From Octopus vulgaris (Eukaryota): 64,000 bases of DNA. The notes beneath the pieces are model-generated. The model made no database searches, was not told where the DNA came from, and saw only the letters and a list, made by a program, of their open reading frames with translations. This document shows, one piece after another, positions 1-13,064 of the stretch (position 1 is its first letter; each line of letters begins with the position of its first letter). Position numbers and translations under genes: made by a program. The stretch spans positions 23,312,001 to 23,376,000 of the forward strand of contig OX597817.1 of the NCBI GenBank assembly GCA_951406725.2, read 5' to 3'.

Positions 1-98
1 TTTGCTCAAAAACACGGCGCGTTGCCCGGTCCAGGAATCGAAACCACAATCTTACAATCATGGTGCTGACACCCTAACCACTAAGCCACGCGCCTCCA
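1..98 (-). mobile_element. tRNA-derived SINE 5' head (family D), cut by the window edge
   Basis: Minus strand reads TGGAGGCGCGTGGCTTAGTGGTTAGGG...GGTTTCGATTCC (A box, B box) and continues into SINE body rather than a tRNA 3' end; degenerate relative at 44188. Confidence 0.8.
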
Positions 99-489
99 TT
101 TAAAAATAAAAGAAATGGCGAATACTTTAGGTTACAAGGATCATAAACTGATATTGTCCTATCATATTTCGTTATTGTTTTCAAGAATAATTAAATTTTG
201 AAAATTATAGCTTTCAGGTTATAATATTCTCTTTGAAATACGATCGACAGATAGCGGATATCTTGACTGCAGCTCTCAAAATTGAAAATAGCGCGGGTAT
301 ATGATATAGAAAAATAAAAAGTGAAAGAGATCATACATACACGTACACAGACACACACACAAGATAATGACAATAACAATCGCATGTGTAGATTGTAAGA
401 AATCCTATGATATGACTACAAATTTATGGATAAGTGAATGCTTTTGCATATAGATTCAATATTACAGGTAACATTACAAGAGATTCAGT

Positions 490-705
490 TGACATGAAGA
501 AATGGAAAGGAGATCAGTACTCTGGCTATACAACCTTAGGAAAAGTTAGAATCACAACAGAAATATTCCAGGGTGACTCGTTATCCCCATTCATATTTGT
601 GGTGTATTTAATCATCCCCCCACAGTTTAGTTTTAAGAAAGGTATAGGCAGAATATTAGTTTTGAAATATTAAAGGCAAAATAAACTATTTGCTCTTGAT
701 GGATG
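490..705 (+). pseudogene. Degenerate non-LTR reverse transcriptase fragment (R4/Dong-like, RLE clade)
   Basis: IFQGDSLSP at 563-589 and, in another frame, KINYLLLMD at 678-704 (cf. INHLLFMDD). Confidence 0.7.
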
Positions 706-1254
706 GTTCGCAGCTTTCTAGAAAGAATAAGAATAGCGACAGCTTATTTTATGCAAACATACCAAGGAATTGACGAACTTTTAATTCAGAGATCCCCTGA
801 CAGGAATTGCTATAGACAAAATATGGTCTACAAATATAATGTTTTAACACAAAGCAACTTCAGATTTTACCTTGTATATTATGTTGATTGAAAGAAAAAA
901 TGTGTTTTTTTTTCCGACACTAGAATCTCTCATACAAAATCACTTTTCGAATATATACTTTACTTAAAATCAAGTAAAAAGAATTCAGTCGTCTATAATA
1001 TGTACTTTTGATCCTTATAAAATGGAAACGCCACAAGCGATTATATTTGAATAAAGCATTGGGAATACTTATGGCTTGTGATGACCTTCTTAGCAGAGAA
1101 AGTGATCCTTATGAAATGCTTACACAAAAGTTCAACATTTTCAAATTGCCTGAGAATGCATTTAAGAACAATACTAATGATTATCACAGATTTTGTGTTT
1201 ATATATCTACATTTATTTTCCTCAAAATATACGTAAACAACACATTCTCCTATA

Positions 1255-1421
1255 TGTCAGTATGTGTGTGTCTATGCTTGTTTATAATGATATGTGTGTA
1301 TGTAACTATATATATATATATATATATATGCATATGTAACTATATATATACATATATATCTGTTTGTGTATGTGCATGTGTGTGTATGTATCGCACTATA
1401 TGTATGTGTGTTTATATGCAC

Positions 1422-1465
<44 letters not shown>

Positions 1466-1522
1466 TCATGTATATACATGTATTTTTTGTATGTATGAGC
1501 GTATATGTGCATATTACATATA
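1255..1522. repeat. Compound (TA)n/(TG)n microsatellite
   Basis: Direct reading. Confidence 0.95.
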
Positions 1523-1965
1523 TTGACAAAACCATACCTTTAGTTCCTATAAGTCATTTCTACCAGTCTATAAATTTCGATCTGTAACTCTTCTCACCGT
1601 TTACTTCCGCTAAATATATCTATTTCCAAGCCTTTAATTATTATTCTTATTCACCTATCGCACTATATCATTTCGCTTTTGGTTTTCTTCTAATTTCTTT
1701 CTTCCTCCTTCCCTTTCTATATATTACCTTTGACGTTGTATCTATGAATGAATTTTTAAAAATAACTTATTAGCGTTTCCTCTCATCATATATGCAGTAA
1801 TCATATTCGGTTAAACTGTCTTATTGATGTGTTTTCTTTCTCTTTTTTTTTCCTGGTGGTTTGCATTGTTTTTAAATCATATTATTTCTTCTAGAATAAT
1901 ATCAATGTTTTCTTCGAAACAAACGTCGGAATTATAAAGATTTGAACAACACTGCGTTTAACTCC

Positions 1966-2120
<155 letters not shown>

Positions 2121-2829
2121 ATATTATTTATATGTGTCTATACATATGTGTGTGCCTGTACGTAGTTTTGTGTAGGTGCACCTGTATGTGGTTAGTGTCT
2201 TTTCGTATGTATCTTATTATTTTCTACCGAGAAATGTTATGTAATTTGATTATTGAACCTTTTGAAATATACAAAAATTACTTATGGACACCTATCACGT
2301 TTGAGGTCACAACCTAATGATACTAAATTATATATTTTTGTTTACATTCATTTTCCAATCACTTTGCTTTCAATGAATGTTATCGACTCATAATTAACTG
2401 ACTCACATTTTTATGATCCTATTATTCTACCTATCATGTGATCTCCTTCCTAGAATGCATTCTGGTTTGTCTTCCTCTTACTCTGTTTTGGATGTATTCA
2501 TTTATTTATACATTCCTGTCACTTAATCTGCCATGTTATTATTTGATACATTTATATATAATTTTTCTTTATCATTTTTATAGTTGGCCAACTTATTTTG
2601 CCCTTTCTATCTCTTTTCTTTTTTCTCTCTCTCCACCAACCAAATGTTATCTTTCTATTTTCCTGCAAGATTACATATATAATACAATAAGTCGTTCCCT
2701 GGTGATCCACTCTGGTTACACATCGAAATGCTTTTGAATCATACAATGCAAGATTCCAAACAGCAATAATGGAGAAACGAACGTAGAAACTAATATTTCA
2801 AAAGTGTGGTTATCCTAATTTCTCTGACT

Positions 2830-2922
2830 CTCTGTCCCGTCCAGGTGGGGAACCTATACGCCAAGGAAACCGACAAACCGGCCCTTATAAGCCATGCGTG
2901 GCTCGAGAAAGTACAAACAACA
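2830..2922 (+). mobile_element. SINE 3' fragment
   Basis: GTCCCGTCCAGGTGGGGAACCTATACGCCAAGGAAACCG resembles 9295-9345 and ends in a (CAA)-rich tail. Confidence 0.55.
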
Positions 2923-3706
2923 ATTCTAAATATATAATTGAGATCTTTTGTATTATAAAATCATATAAAACTAAAAAAGATTTGTGTTTAGACAGATTAA
3001 TACAAGTAAGGATTTCTAACCAAAAGTGTGGTGAGAGGTATTCTATTGGCGCTGTGTATTTCACTTCTGCGACATTGATAACTCTGCAGGTCTACACTGG
3101 TTGCATGGACTCGAAGCTTACTATGATGTTCTTATCAGTTTATGTGTAATGTGGATCACAGCAGACACTATTGTAATTTTGCGAAAAAAAAGCAGCAATA
3201 TTTATTTTACTCTTGTGTTAGATATGCAAAGATGATTCAGATGTAAAAAAAAACATATTTTGAAAAATGTGTTATATCTTGATTCGAAACTTAAGTGACG
3301 GAAAGATCTTTCAAAGGAAGTAAATATCAGTACAGTAGATTGAGTTTCCTGAAAGTAAACAAAAAACGGTCCTCACAGGAAATGAAATATTAGTTTACCA
3401 AAATAGTTTACCTGTGGCAAATTACAAATTACTTTTAATGAAAACTACAGTTGTACCGAATTGCACATTTCGCCTTTTGTTTACCTTTCAGAATGATAGT
3501 AACTCTAATTTCTCTTGAGGCACAAATACCAATACAACATACTGGTTCTTGTCGAAGACGTTCCGTAGTCGAGATTATATGAAATATACTACCGAAGTAA
3601 TTGTTTCAGATATAATTCATTTTACATCTCAATCCTCAGTGAATAGAGAGAGGGTAAGGGTCAGAGGACAATAATTGGAATCTGAAGTAATATTCATACC
3701 TTCTAA

Positions 3707-4508
3707 GGCGGCGAGCTGGCAAAAACGTTAGCACGCCAGGCGAAATGCGTAGCCGTATTTTGTCTGCTGTTACGTTCTGAGTTCAAGTTCCGCCGAGGTT
3801 GACTTTGCCTTTCATCCTTTCGGGGTCAATTAAATAAGTACCAGTTACTCACTGGGGTCGATATAATCGATTTAAACTTTTTTGTCTGTCCTTTTTTGTC
3901 CCCTCTGAATGTAGCCCCTAGCGGGCAGTAAAGACATAAGAAACGTTAGCACGCCAGGCGAAATGCGTAGCAGTATTTCGTCTGTCGTTACGTTCTAAGT
4001 TCAAATTCCGCCGAGGTCGACTTTGCCTTTCACCCTTTTGGGGTCGATAAATTAAGTACCAGTTACGCACTGGGGTCGATGTAATCGACTTAATACCTAT
4101 GTCTGCCCTTGTTTGTCCCCTCTGTTTTTAACCCCTTGTGGGTAATGAAGAAATAGGTATTTCGTCTGCCGCTACGTTCTGAGTTCAAATTCCGCCGAGG
4201 TCGACTTTGCTTTTCATCCCTTCAGTGTCGATTAAATAAGTACCAGTTATGCACTGGGGTCGATATAATCGACTTAATCCGTTTTTCTATCCTTGTGTGT
4301 CCTCTCTGTATTTAGAACCTTGTGGGTAGTAAAGAAATAGGTATTTCGTCTCTCTTTACGCTCTGAGTTCAAATTCCGCCGAGGTCGACTTTGTCTTTCA
4401 TCCTTTCGTCATTGATAAATTAAGTATCAGTTACGTACTGTGGACAATATAATCGATTGGCTTTATCCACAAAAATTTCGGGCCTTGTGCCTAGAGTAGA
4501 AAACAATT
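3707..4508 (+). mobile_element. Head-to-tail array of four SINE family B units
   Basis: Head GGCGGCGAGCTGGC at 3707; core TTCCGCCGAGGT(C/T)GACTTTG...CATCC occurs four times at ~180-220 bp spacing; units 1-3 end in tail ...AAGA(A/C)ATA, unit 4 has a different tail. Confidence 0.9.
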
Positions 4509-4773
4509 TTCATACCTTCTGACAGAGAAATAGATTTCCTGCAAGGAAAGAGTATCTAAAGTATTTACTAGTGCTATTGGTGTATCATATATTATGAGGT
4601 CCCAATTAGGAACAGATATGACTTTATCAAATACCGCTTTCTCACATGACTGTAATGCAGAATCTTTACAAGACTTTGAGAGGTAAGGAATTTCTGTGAA
4701 ATATTTCTTCGAATGATCTGGCAACAAGCGACAAAGGTAACGTATCTGCTTATTATGATGTCTAATCCATAGA

Positions 4774-5093
4774 GGAGGCGCAATGACCCAGTGGTTAGGG
4801 CAGCGGACTCGCGGTCGTAGGATCTCGGTTTCGATTCCCAGACCGGGCGTTGTGAGTGTTTGTTGAGCGAAAACACCTAAAAGCTCCACGAGGCTCCGAC
4901 AGGGGATGGTGGTGATCCCTGCTGTACTCTTTCACCACAACTTTCTCTCACCCTTACTTCCTGTTTCTGTCGTACCTGTATTTCAAGGGGCCGGCCTTGT
5001 CACTCTCTGTGTCACGCTGAATATCCCCGAGAACTACGTTAAGGGTGCACGTACTGTGGAGTGCTCAGCCACTTACACGTTAATTTCACGAGC
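4774..5093 (+). mobile_element. tRNA-derived SINE family A, 3'-truncated
   Basis: A box TGACCCAGTGG, B box GGTTTCGATTCC; closely similar to the reverse complement of 35322-35713. Confidence 0.9.
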
Positions 5094-5446
5094 GTTAATT
5101 TCACGCAACTTCTCTTTCTAATACAGTTAGTTCTCCGCAAAATCATGCCATCTTTAAACTTCATTATGTCAACATCTCAAATGTAAATTTCTTCCCTGAA
5201 GAGGGGGGCTGGTGGTATTGGATGATGGAATCAAGTTACAATCATTATTTTGGACCGCCATGCCTTCAGAAACAGCTGGTGGACTCGTAAAGCTCTTCAT
5301 CAGGTCCTTTTATTCCTGATAATATTTCTATTCTATGTAAGGAGGATCTTTTTTATATGTATATATATGCATATTTTTGTATTAAATGCATTTAAGGTTT
5401 TTTGTATATCGACTTGCCTAATACGCATGTCCTTACAGTTACTCCT

Positions 5447-5569
5447 ATATATATATGTGTGTGAGTGTATTTATATATGTATATATATGTATGTGTATAT
5501 ATATGTGTGTGTATGTATATACATAATATATATATATATGTATACACACACACACACACACACACACAC

Positions 5570-5600
<31 letters not shown>
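5447..5600. repeat. (TA)n/(TG)n/(CA)n microsatellite
   Basis: Direct reading. Confidence 0.95.
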
Positions 5601-5604
<4 letters not shown>

Positions 5605-5815
5605 ATCCAAACATGAAAACACAAAGAGAAAACACAACAACGCGAGGACGTGGTACAGGTATAGTGTTATTGGACGCTCAGGAAAGGAAAGAAAGAAGTA
5701 GGATTTAACGTTACGAGCGGAGCTCTTCGTCAGAAACATGGGAAAAGGAAAGATCCAAGGAAGGGAAAACGGAGGAAATAATTCGCCAACGTTACACACG
5801 CGGTCACATTTTGAA
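5601..5815 (-). mobile_element. Penelope-like pLTR remnant between (TA)n tracts, with degenerate hammerhead motif (5703-5737)
   Basis: Minus: GTTT-CTGACGA-A-GAGC TCC GCTC-GTAA-CGTT-AAAT; related copy at 63600-63697. Confidence 0.6.
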
Positions 5816-5847
5816 TGAATATATATATATATATATATTTATATATA

Positions 5848-6010
5848 GTCATTAATCTAAACAATTGGAGGAATAGATGAAAGAGTGTTTAAAATGTGCA
5901 GAGAGTACATTAGGACTAATTTTATATTTTAAAATTTAGGAATACACTTTATCGGTTTCACATTTGATTTCTAAAAGGGTATCGCATATGGAGCTGTGTC
6001 ACGAATTGTT
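5848..6010 (-). mobile_element. Possible second pLTR remnant with decayed hammerhead-like motif (5942-5982)
   Basis: Minus: ATACCCTT-TTAGAAA-TCAAATGT-GAAA-CCGA-TA-AAGTGTAT, same layout as the motifs at 14952 and 43180; starts at a TA tract. Confidence 0.4.
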
Positions 6011-6774
6011 TATTCTAGCCGTTGTTATAAAAATAGCTTGCTTTTAAAGTAGAAATGTGTCTTAGGGCGCTATCCGTTATATTTGATTGGTTTACATTTA
6101 TGTATTAAGCCTAGGTGTCAGTCGTGTGAGAACGTCACTTAAAAGCTTTTCACGATTGATTAAGTCATGGCCGTTAGAAAATATAGATATGAATAAGTGA
6201 TAATTATTTTTTTATAGTTCTGTCGACGAATAATGTTATTAATTAGTGCCAGCTCACTCCCATTGAGCATGCTAAAACGTATCCCTTCTTTGTTAACAAG
6301 ATATGGAGTAAGTAAGATAATATGGTGTTCTGTAAAGAAGATACATAATAGCTTCTTTATAAATTTTGCGTTTCTTAAAAATAAGCCCAGGTTAACATAC
6401 TTCAATAATTATTTCATAGGAGAAGTCGAATCGTATATAACTTTTTTCTTCGTTTTCTGTTCAGCAATTGCTTCTATTTTTTGAAAAAATAACTTTCCGC
6501 ATTAATTCTTGATTGGTCTGAAGTATTATCTGCTCGTTGATAGTGTAATGAGAAAAGACAGTTTGGAGAGTTGGTTTCCACCCATTTGTCCAAATGTCCA
6601 CTAAATGGAATTTGTTTACTTCAAGGATCACGTATTTTTGACTATTTACATTTAATCTCATTCTTAAAGGAAGAGGAGTTTGTTGATTGTAATTTTCCTT
6701 GCATCTATTGCATTTGATGGTATAAATTTAATTTTCTGAAAAACAAGTGAAATGTTTTTTCTACAATGGTAGAT

Positions 6775-7455
6775 TGTAAGGCCCCTCTTCCAAAATTCAC
6801 TTGTCTGTGACGAAAAATACTCCTCCACTACTGTTCTGACCTTGTCTACAGAATTAAAATCCTTTCCGTCCAAATTATTTTTAAGACTGCAGAACAAATG
6901 ATGATCAGCCTTTGGAATATCAACCTTGCTGTATGCAGCCAAGGATTTTCCTGAAGGAAGAACACTTTTTGACTTGAAACCAAAGATGGTCGTTTTTCTT
7001 CTAGTGCTGACTTAAACCGCTCAAGCTGCTCGCAGTAGATCTCCTTTGTTATCGTTTCATTTGGGTTTAAAATTTCAAACTGGACTAAACTTTTCATATC
7101 CTACCAAACAGATAGTAACACCTTACGTGAGTGAAGACCTTCTTTAGCCTGGGGTGCCGTTGTTTCTCCCTTCCCTACCCACTATTTTCGGCGCTTCACA
7201 TTCTTACAGAGAACCCATTTTTCGTCACCAGTCATTATTCAGTTAAAAAAAGGTTTCTTCGTGAGACGTGGTAGCAAAGAAGAGCACACATTCATTCTCT
7301 GCCCGCGATTAAACTGGGAAAGTTTGTGAAGAACACATTGACCCAATTTGTCGACTTTTCCGAAAGTACGCAAGTGCCGATGAATAGTTGAATGACCGAA
7401 TCCAGGCTCTTCTGCTAGTTCCTCAACAGTTACGATGGAATTTCGTTCCACCATG
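6775..7455 (-). pseudogene. Mariner (DD34D) transposase relic
   Basis: Fragments TVEELAEEPGFGHSTIHRHL, CVLHKL (WVPHEL-like), TGDEKWV, FEILNPNETITKEIYCEQL, FLQEN, DHHLFCSLKNNL; stops and frameshifts. Confidence 0.9.
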
Positions 7456-9050
7456 TTGAATTGACTTTTTTTGCAACACTTGCTGTATTTGTTTACTTAT
7501 CTAGATTAACACTATAGATAATAAAATAACATGTAATAATTTACCTCACCCTGAATAAATATCACATTTTACAATCTGGCAATGGTTTCACACTCAAACA
7601 AATTCTTCCGTCGTTCGCCCTGTCCCAAGAGGTTGAACAAGTCATCTCATTCATGTGAGAGCTAAAATCTATTGATGTGAGTCAAATATTCATCTGTAAT
7701 ACATAAAGTTATTTTTTAATATAAAGTCGTAAAAGAGAAATATACACGTTTGATGAGGAACATAACTAATTTGTTCTTGCGTGTTACACAACTTCGTGAG
7801 TGATGGATAACTCATAGTTTAAATTAACTGTCATCATTGGGCTCAAACTTCTTTTTTTTTTCTCGCATCAACCATGATTGGTTGTTTAATGGACTTTATT
7901 TAAACTACTATATAAACATGCACCACTAAACCACGCTGAAATATAAATTATTCTGCCAATGAATACCTTCTTCACTTTACGATGCATTTTAGGTAGATTA
8001 TCACATGAGGACGAAAAATAAAATTGTTTCACTTTTTCTTGTGTTTTCATTTAAATTGATGGATCTCATTCACGTTAATAAGGATATTTAATGTATGAAT
8101 AATTCATGACTTAAATATCCATTATTGTTGATTTTTAATGGCTGCAGGCATTACCAGTGCTAACTTTATCATAAAAATATAGTAGAAATTGAGATAATAA
8201 TATCCACACAGCTCGAAGCAACAATTATAATTCTCCCTTGCACTGCCTAATTGTTGACACTCTGTATAATTGAGCGAGAAGCATTGGAAAACGATTTTAT
8301 ATAGCTTTTTTTGTTTTTAATTTTGTTCCTTCATCTGTTCTTCGATCCATATGAAGTGCTTTTGATTTCAATTTTCCTTCTCACGAAAATTAACTACGCT
8401 TCCAAAAACTATGTGGCAATCTATAAAGGAAGCTTTGCTTAAAATATAACACGTCAGTTTAATATATTACTTCACTTCTTATAATTATAACTATAATTGG
8501 TATATATAAGGTTTGAATTATGGCTGTAAGCTATTGGGGATTCCGCTATCCGAAACATTGATTCAGTTCCCTGTTGGATACCTTTCTTTCATGCAAGTCA
8601 TTAAATTCTGTGCAAAAGGTATTAATGACAAATTTATATTTGTCTTTCAATATAATCCCACATTTCATGAACAGTTGTGTCCTGAACATCGTTAGGGAAT
8701 AGATGTCAGTACTTTAAATAAATACATTCAATTCCGCTGTAAATGGAGTTTGGGATTTCATCCTGCGTTAAATACGGAGATGGAATTCCAAATTTCTTCA
8801 TTCATATGATGCTATGCATTAAATGTATATATCGTATGATAAATTGACAAAGAGAAAGTAAAGTCAATAGAAGCTGTCGTATAAAATGCATTAAGCTGCT
8901 AAACCATATAACAATACACATTTGAAATTTAAAGTAAAAACTGCGTGGGGCAGAAGCATGAAATTAAATGGAGACTACTCAAACAGTTGTGAGAAAAGGA
9001 TATTCTAAATCAATGTATTTAATTCGTACACGTTTACAGTCATTATATAT

Positions 9051-9270
9051 ATCACCTTGATCACCGTGACCGACCAGGCTATCAGATGTTGCTACACATC
9101 GCTGGTAACAAAGTGCTTCGCATTGATTTAGCCTTCAAATGACGCCAACCCGCTGGCTAAGCGAGCAGGCCAACAGAAGAAAGAGTGAGAGAAATTGGTG
9201 GCGAAAGTGTACAGCAGGGATCGTCACCACCTCCTGCCGAAGCCTCGTGTAGCTTTATGTTTTCGCTCAA
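9051..9270 (-). mobile_element. SINE related to family A with an alternative 3' tail
   Basis: GTACAGCAGGGATC...CTGCCG.AGC.TCGTG...TGTTTTCGCTCAA shared with 35559-35623; distal part differs. Confidence 0.75.
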
Positions 9271-9283
9271 AATGAGAAACGCT

Positions 9284-9385
9284 GTGATGGACTGGCGTCC
9301 TGTCAAGCTGGGGAACATATACGCCATTGAAACCGGGAAACCGGGCCCATGATCCTGGCTAGGCTTTAAAAGTGCGCATTTATTT
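9284..9385 (+). mobile_element. SINE 3' fragment
   Basis: GATGGACTGGCGTCCTGTC...GGGGAACATATACGCCATTGAAACCGGG, similar to 2830-2922. Confidence 0.6.
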
Positions 9386-10134
9386 TATTATTATATAGAA
9401 GACATATGAGAAATTCATCTGAATTGTTAATATTTTTGTTGTTTTAAATAACATATTCTAGTCGATGTAGTACTATACGTTATTTCTGCTTGTGACATTG
9501 AAATATGCTTTGCTTCATCAAACTTTTACTTCTTGAACTGTAGGAAACATCATATCTTAGGCTCGATACATATATTTTACTAAAGAGCGATTCATTTTAT
9601 AACAATATATAAGTATTCCGAACAAAGAAGAGAAAATGAGAAATTTTCATGCTACTCTTTCTTATACATTTCATTTTCAGTCGTAATAAATTTCAGTAAC
9701 GCATTAATGACAGACGGCTAAACTTTATTTCTCAAATAAATTTCTACCTAACATACAGTTATATTTCTGATCAAACTTTTTTTTATCATAATGTGAATCG
9801 TGAATCTAAAATGTAACGGAATCTAAAATGTAAGGTTATTTCTCTACTAATATTAAAACAACATTTTTTCAAATTTTCCACCACACCCAACGAACTCACT
9901 CACAAAAGTTACCTTTGTTCCTTGATTTTAATGTAATATCTATGAAAGCAGTGAAGTGTCAATGAAAGGAATAAAAACTATTCTTCATGTGCTGCTGATA
10001 ATTATGCGGCATACAACACTCACTTATTTAACGTCCATATGAGGCAAACTCAGCTGACCTTTTACTCAGTCACAACATACTCGTGTCTACATTATTTAAT
10101 ATGTTTTTTAATAGTCATGACGGTATTAAGGTTG

Positions 10135-10345
10135 CTAGCAGGTAGAATCATTAGCACACCGGGCAAAAGACCTAGTGGCTTTTCGTCCATCCTTACATTC
10201 TGAGTTCAATTTCTATCGGAGTCAAATTTGCAATTTATCTTTTTAGGGTCGATAAAATAAATATCAGTTGTGCACTGGGGTCGATGTAATAGACTTATCC
10301 CTCACCCGAAATTACTAGCCTTGTCCCAAACTTTGAAACAAATAT
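10135..10345 (+). mobile_element. Diverged SINE family B
   Basis: AGAATCATTAGCACACCGGGC...TTCTGAGTTCAA...GGGTCGATAAAATAA...CACTGGGGTCGATGTAAT. Confidence 0.8.
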
Positions 10346-11424
10346 TTATGATGTTACATCATAGATAAATTACCATATGGAAATTCACTAGTTGTGTCTC
10401 TGTATTAGTTTACTCTTTCATGTATACAATGTGATAATCTGTGTTCTATTTTAATTATAGATTGCGAAAAGGTTTACATTTTATACCCCTGTGTTGGTGT
10501 TGTAAAAGCTCTTAAAAACGCAGACCATTTATAGAAATTATATGCACAAATACTGCAAAGAGTTTGGAGGAGTAAATCTATGTTGTGGTATTTACATAGT
10601 ATACGTATTTGTAGGTACAGTCTAATACTTCTTTGTGCGTGAAATAGATATTATTTTTACAACCATAAAATAAATAAACATTCCTTCTTGTTGAATGGAG
10701 AGGAGGTTAAGTGGGCGGCTGTAATTGTTTGCTGAGCCTGCTCTAAAGTGCAGACAAATTATATTACTTGCTAATGTCTCTAAAATATGAAAGGTATCTT
10801 CGATTATGTGCTTTTAAGTAAACTAATGCCTGAATAAGAGAGAAGGATTGAATATGGTGACAATGATCAGAAAAGTAAGATTATAAAAAGTTAATTACCA
10901 CAATCTTAAAAATACTAAAAACACAACTACATAGAGGAAATATCCATATCTAATCATTTTATTCTACGATAGAACACCTGACACCGCTTATAAAGGCGCA
11001 ATGCTTTCAGCAGCTTTAAACAAAAACAACGGCTCTGACAAAATCTTTTCTTTTACACACTTAGACAATGCACAGACGACTTGCTCCATTACTCATCAAA
11101 TTATTTAAATAATTAATTCCACTGTGGAAAGACTTTGTAAACAACAGTAAATTTATCACTTACAGTATAAATTAACGACAGCATTTCTTAGAATAGTGTG
11201 CAGAGTTTCGGTGACCGGAGCTGGTGAGGCGTAAAGACACAGAAGCACGTGTATTACAATCTGCTGACGTCATTTATAAATTCAGTAGTGTATTCTGATG
11301 TATTGTCATGCATTGTTTATAAACAGAAGCTCTCTCTCTCTCTCTCTCTCCTGATAGTGTCCGCGATGCAGTTCTTTCCACGTCTGAGGGTACACGGACG
11401 TACTAAATAAAACACTATGCACTA

Positions 11425-11620
11425 ACACACAGACACACACACACCACATACAAGTACACACGCAAACACAAGCGCGTAACTCGCGTATGCATGTGTGTGC
11501 CTGTGTATGTGGATGTAACTTTGTGTATGAGAGAATGAGTGTGTGTATGTGTGTGTATACAAGTGTGTGTTTGTGTGTGTGTGCGTGTGTGTTGTGTGAG
11601 TTTTGTGTATGTATGTTCAT
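11425..11620. repeat. Degenerate (CA)n then (TG)n microsatellite
   Basis: Direct reading. Confidence 0.85.
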
Positions 11621-11972
11621 TATGTAAATGTATCTCTGAATGTGCGTTTTTGAAAAGTTGCTATTTCGAATAATATATTCTTACATTTAGCTTCAGAGGC
11701 ATGCTTGCCAAGCATCTGATATTTTGGAGACTGTATGTTGAAACTAAAACTTTACAGTGTAAGATGTATTCTAGCCATCCAAAAACACACAAAGACTATT
11801 AAAGTCACATTAGCATTTATTAGTTGATGTCAAAATTTTAGTCATACTAGGAAAAGTTGTGTCTGTAATAATGTCAGTCAGTGGACATGTCTAACAGTTA
11901 ACCTTTGCTTACAATTGTATACTAGTCCATGTATGTCTAACTTTCTCTCAAGTATTAAAAATACATTGTCAT

Positions 11973-12340
11973 CACATGGTTCTGGGTTCTGTCCCACGGC
12001 GTGGCACATTGGCCAAGTGTCTTCTACTATAGCATCGGGCCGACCAAAGACTTGTGAGTGGATTTGGTAGACGGGAACTGAAAGAAGCCCGTCTTATATA
12101 TGTATATATATGTATATGTATGAGTGTGTATATGTTTCTGTTTCTGTGTTTGTCCATCACCCTAGCATCGCTTGACAACCGATGCTGGTGTGTTTACGTC
12201 CCCGTAACTTAGCGGTTCGGCAAAAGACCGATGGAATAATTACTAGGCTTACAAAGAATAAGTCCTGGGGTCGATTTGCTCGACAAAAGGCGGTGCTCCA
12301 GTATGGCCGCAGTCAAATGACTGAACAAGTAAAAGAGTAT
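11973..12340 (+). mobile_element. SINE family C (5'-truncated) with internal TA/TG microsatellite
   Basis: Matches reverse complements of 45490-45915 and 49343-49741; tail GGCGGTGCTCCAGTATGGCCGCAGTCAAATGACTGAACAAGTAAAAGAGTA. Confidence 0.9.
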
Positions 12341-13064
12341 CCAATTTTTGTTCGGACATATATGCATTTGCATAAATTACCGATTATATTTCAGAAGTCA
12401 GAATAAAACTAGAAATTTGGATTCAAATGTCTTTATTATAATATCGTCAATTAAAATTCCTTAGAATGTTTTTCACTTGTCTAGACCAGTATTTGGTAAC
12501 TGCTACAAAACCAGTTTCATAAGCAACTTGTAATGCCAGAAGAAATCATCAAACCCTCTAAAGGCAGATCATCAGAAGAATGTTTAATAAGTGTACAAAG
12601 CTAGATTCTCAGCAAATACAACGTAATTTACAGATAGAAGCTGAGAACTGTAGTTCTTGATTTGATTTTGCCTGCCAACGGATGTTGGTAACCAGCAATG
12701 AAGTTAAGTTACTGCTTTTTCTAATGGTCTGTCATTACAGAGTAATTAATCAATCGTAACAATTACAGCATAACATGCTAAGGTACACAAGTAAAACATA
12801 TGCAATGATTGCGTAATTTATATCTAAACTTTCAGCTTTATTCTTATTTCAGTTATATAAGCATGTATCCCTAAATTTGTACGTTTTTATGCGCGCGTAA
12901 ACTTGTGCCGATCTGTGAATGTTGGCATATGTGAGAATGACTTAGTGATTGTTTACGTATATACAATAGATTCTCGTCTCATTTAAAGGTATTGATGAGA
13001 CGATGATATCGTAGCCATTTGTCAGTATAACATGGGTAATTCGAAATAATTACATCTTCTCTCA

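Noticed and set aside
4774-4846. tRNA gene (also 1-98, ~35640-35713, ~47180-47251)
   Set aside because: A/B boxes present but no complete cloverleaf or terminator, and each continues into a repeated SINE body.
11246-11323. Pol II promoter (E-box CACGTG 11246, CRE TGACGTCA 11265, TATAAA 11275)
   Set aside because: Spacing between CRE, TATA and Inr-like motifs is atypical and no downstream exon is recognisable; short motifs arise by chance.
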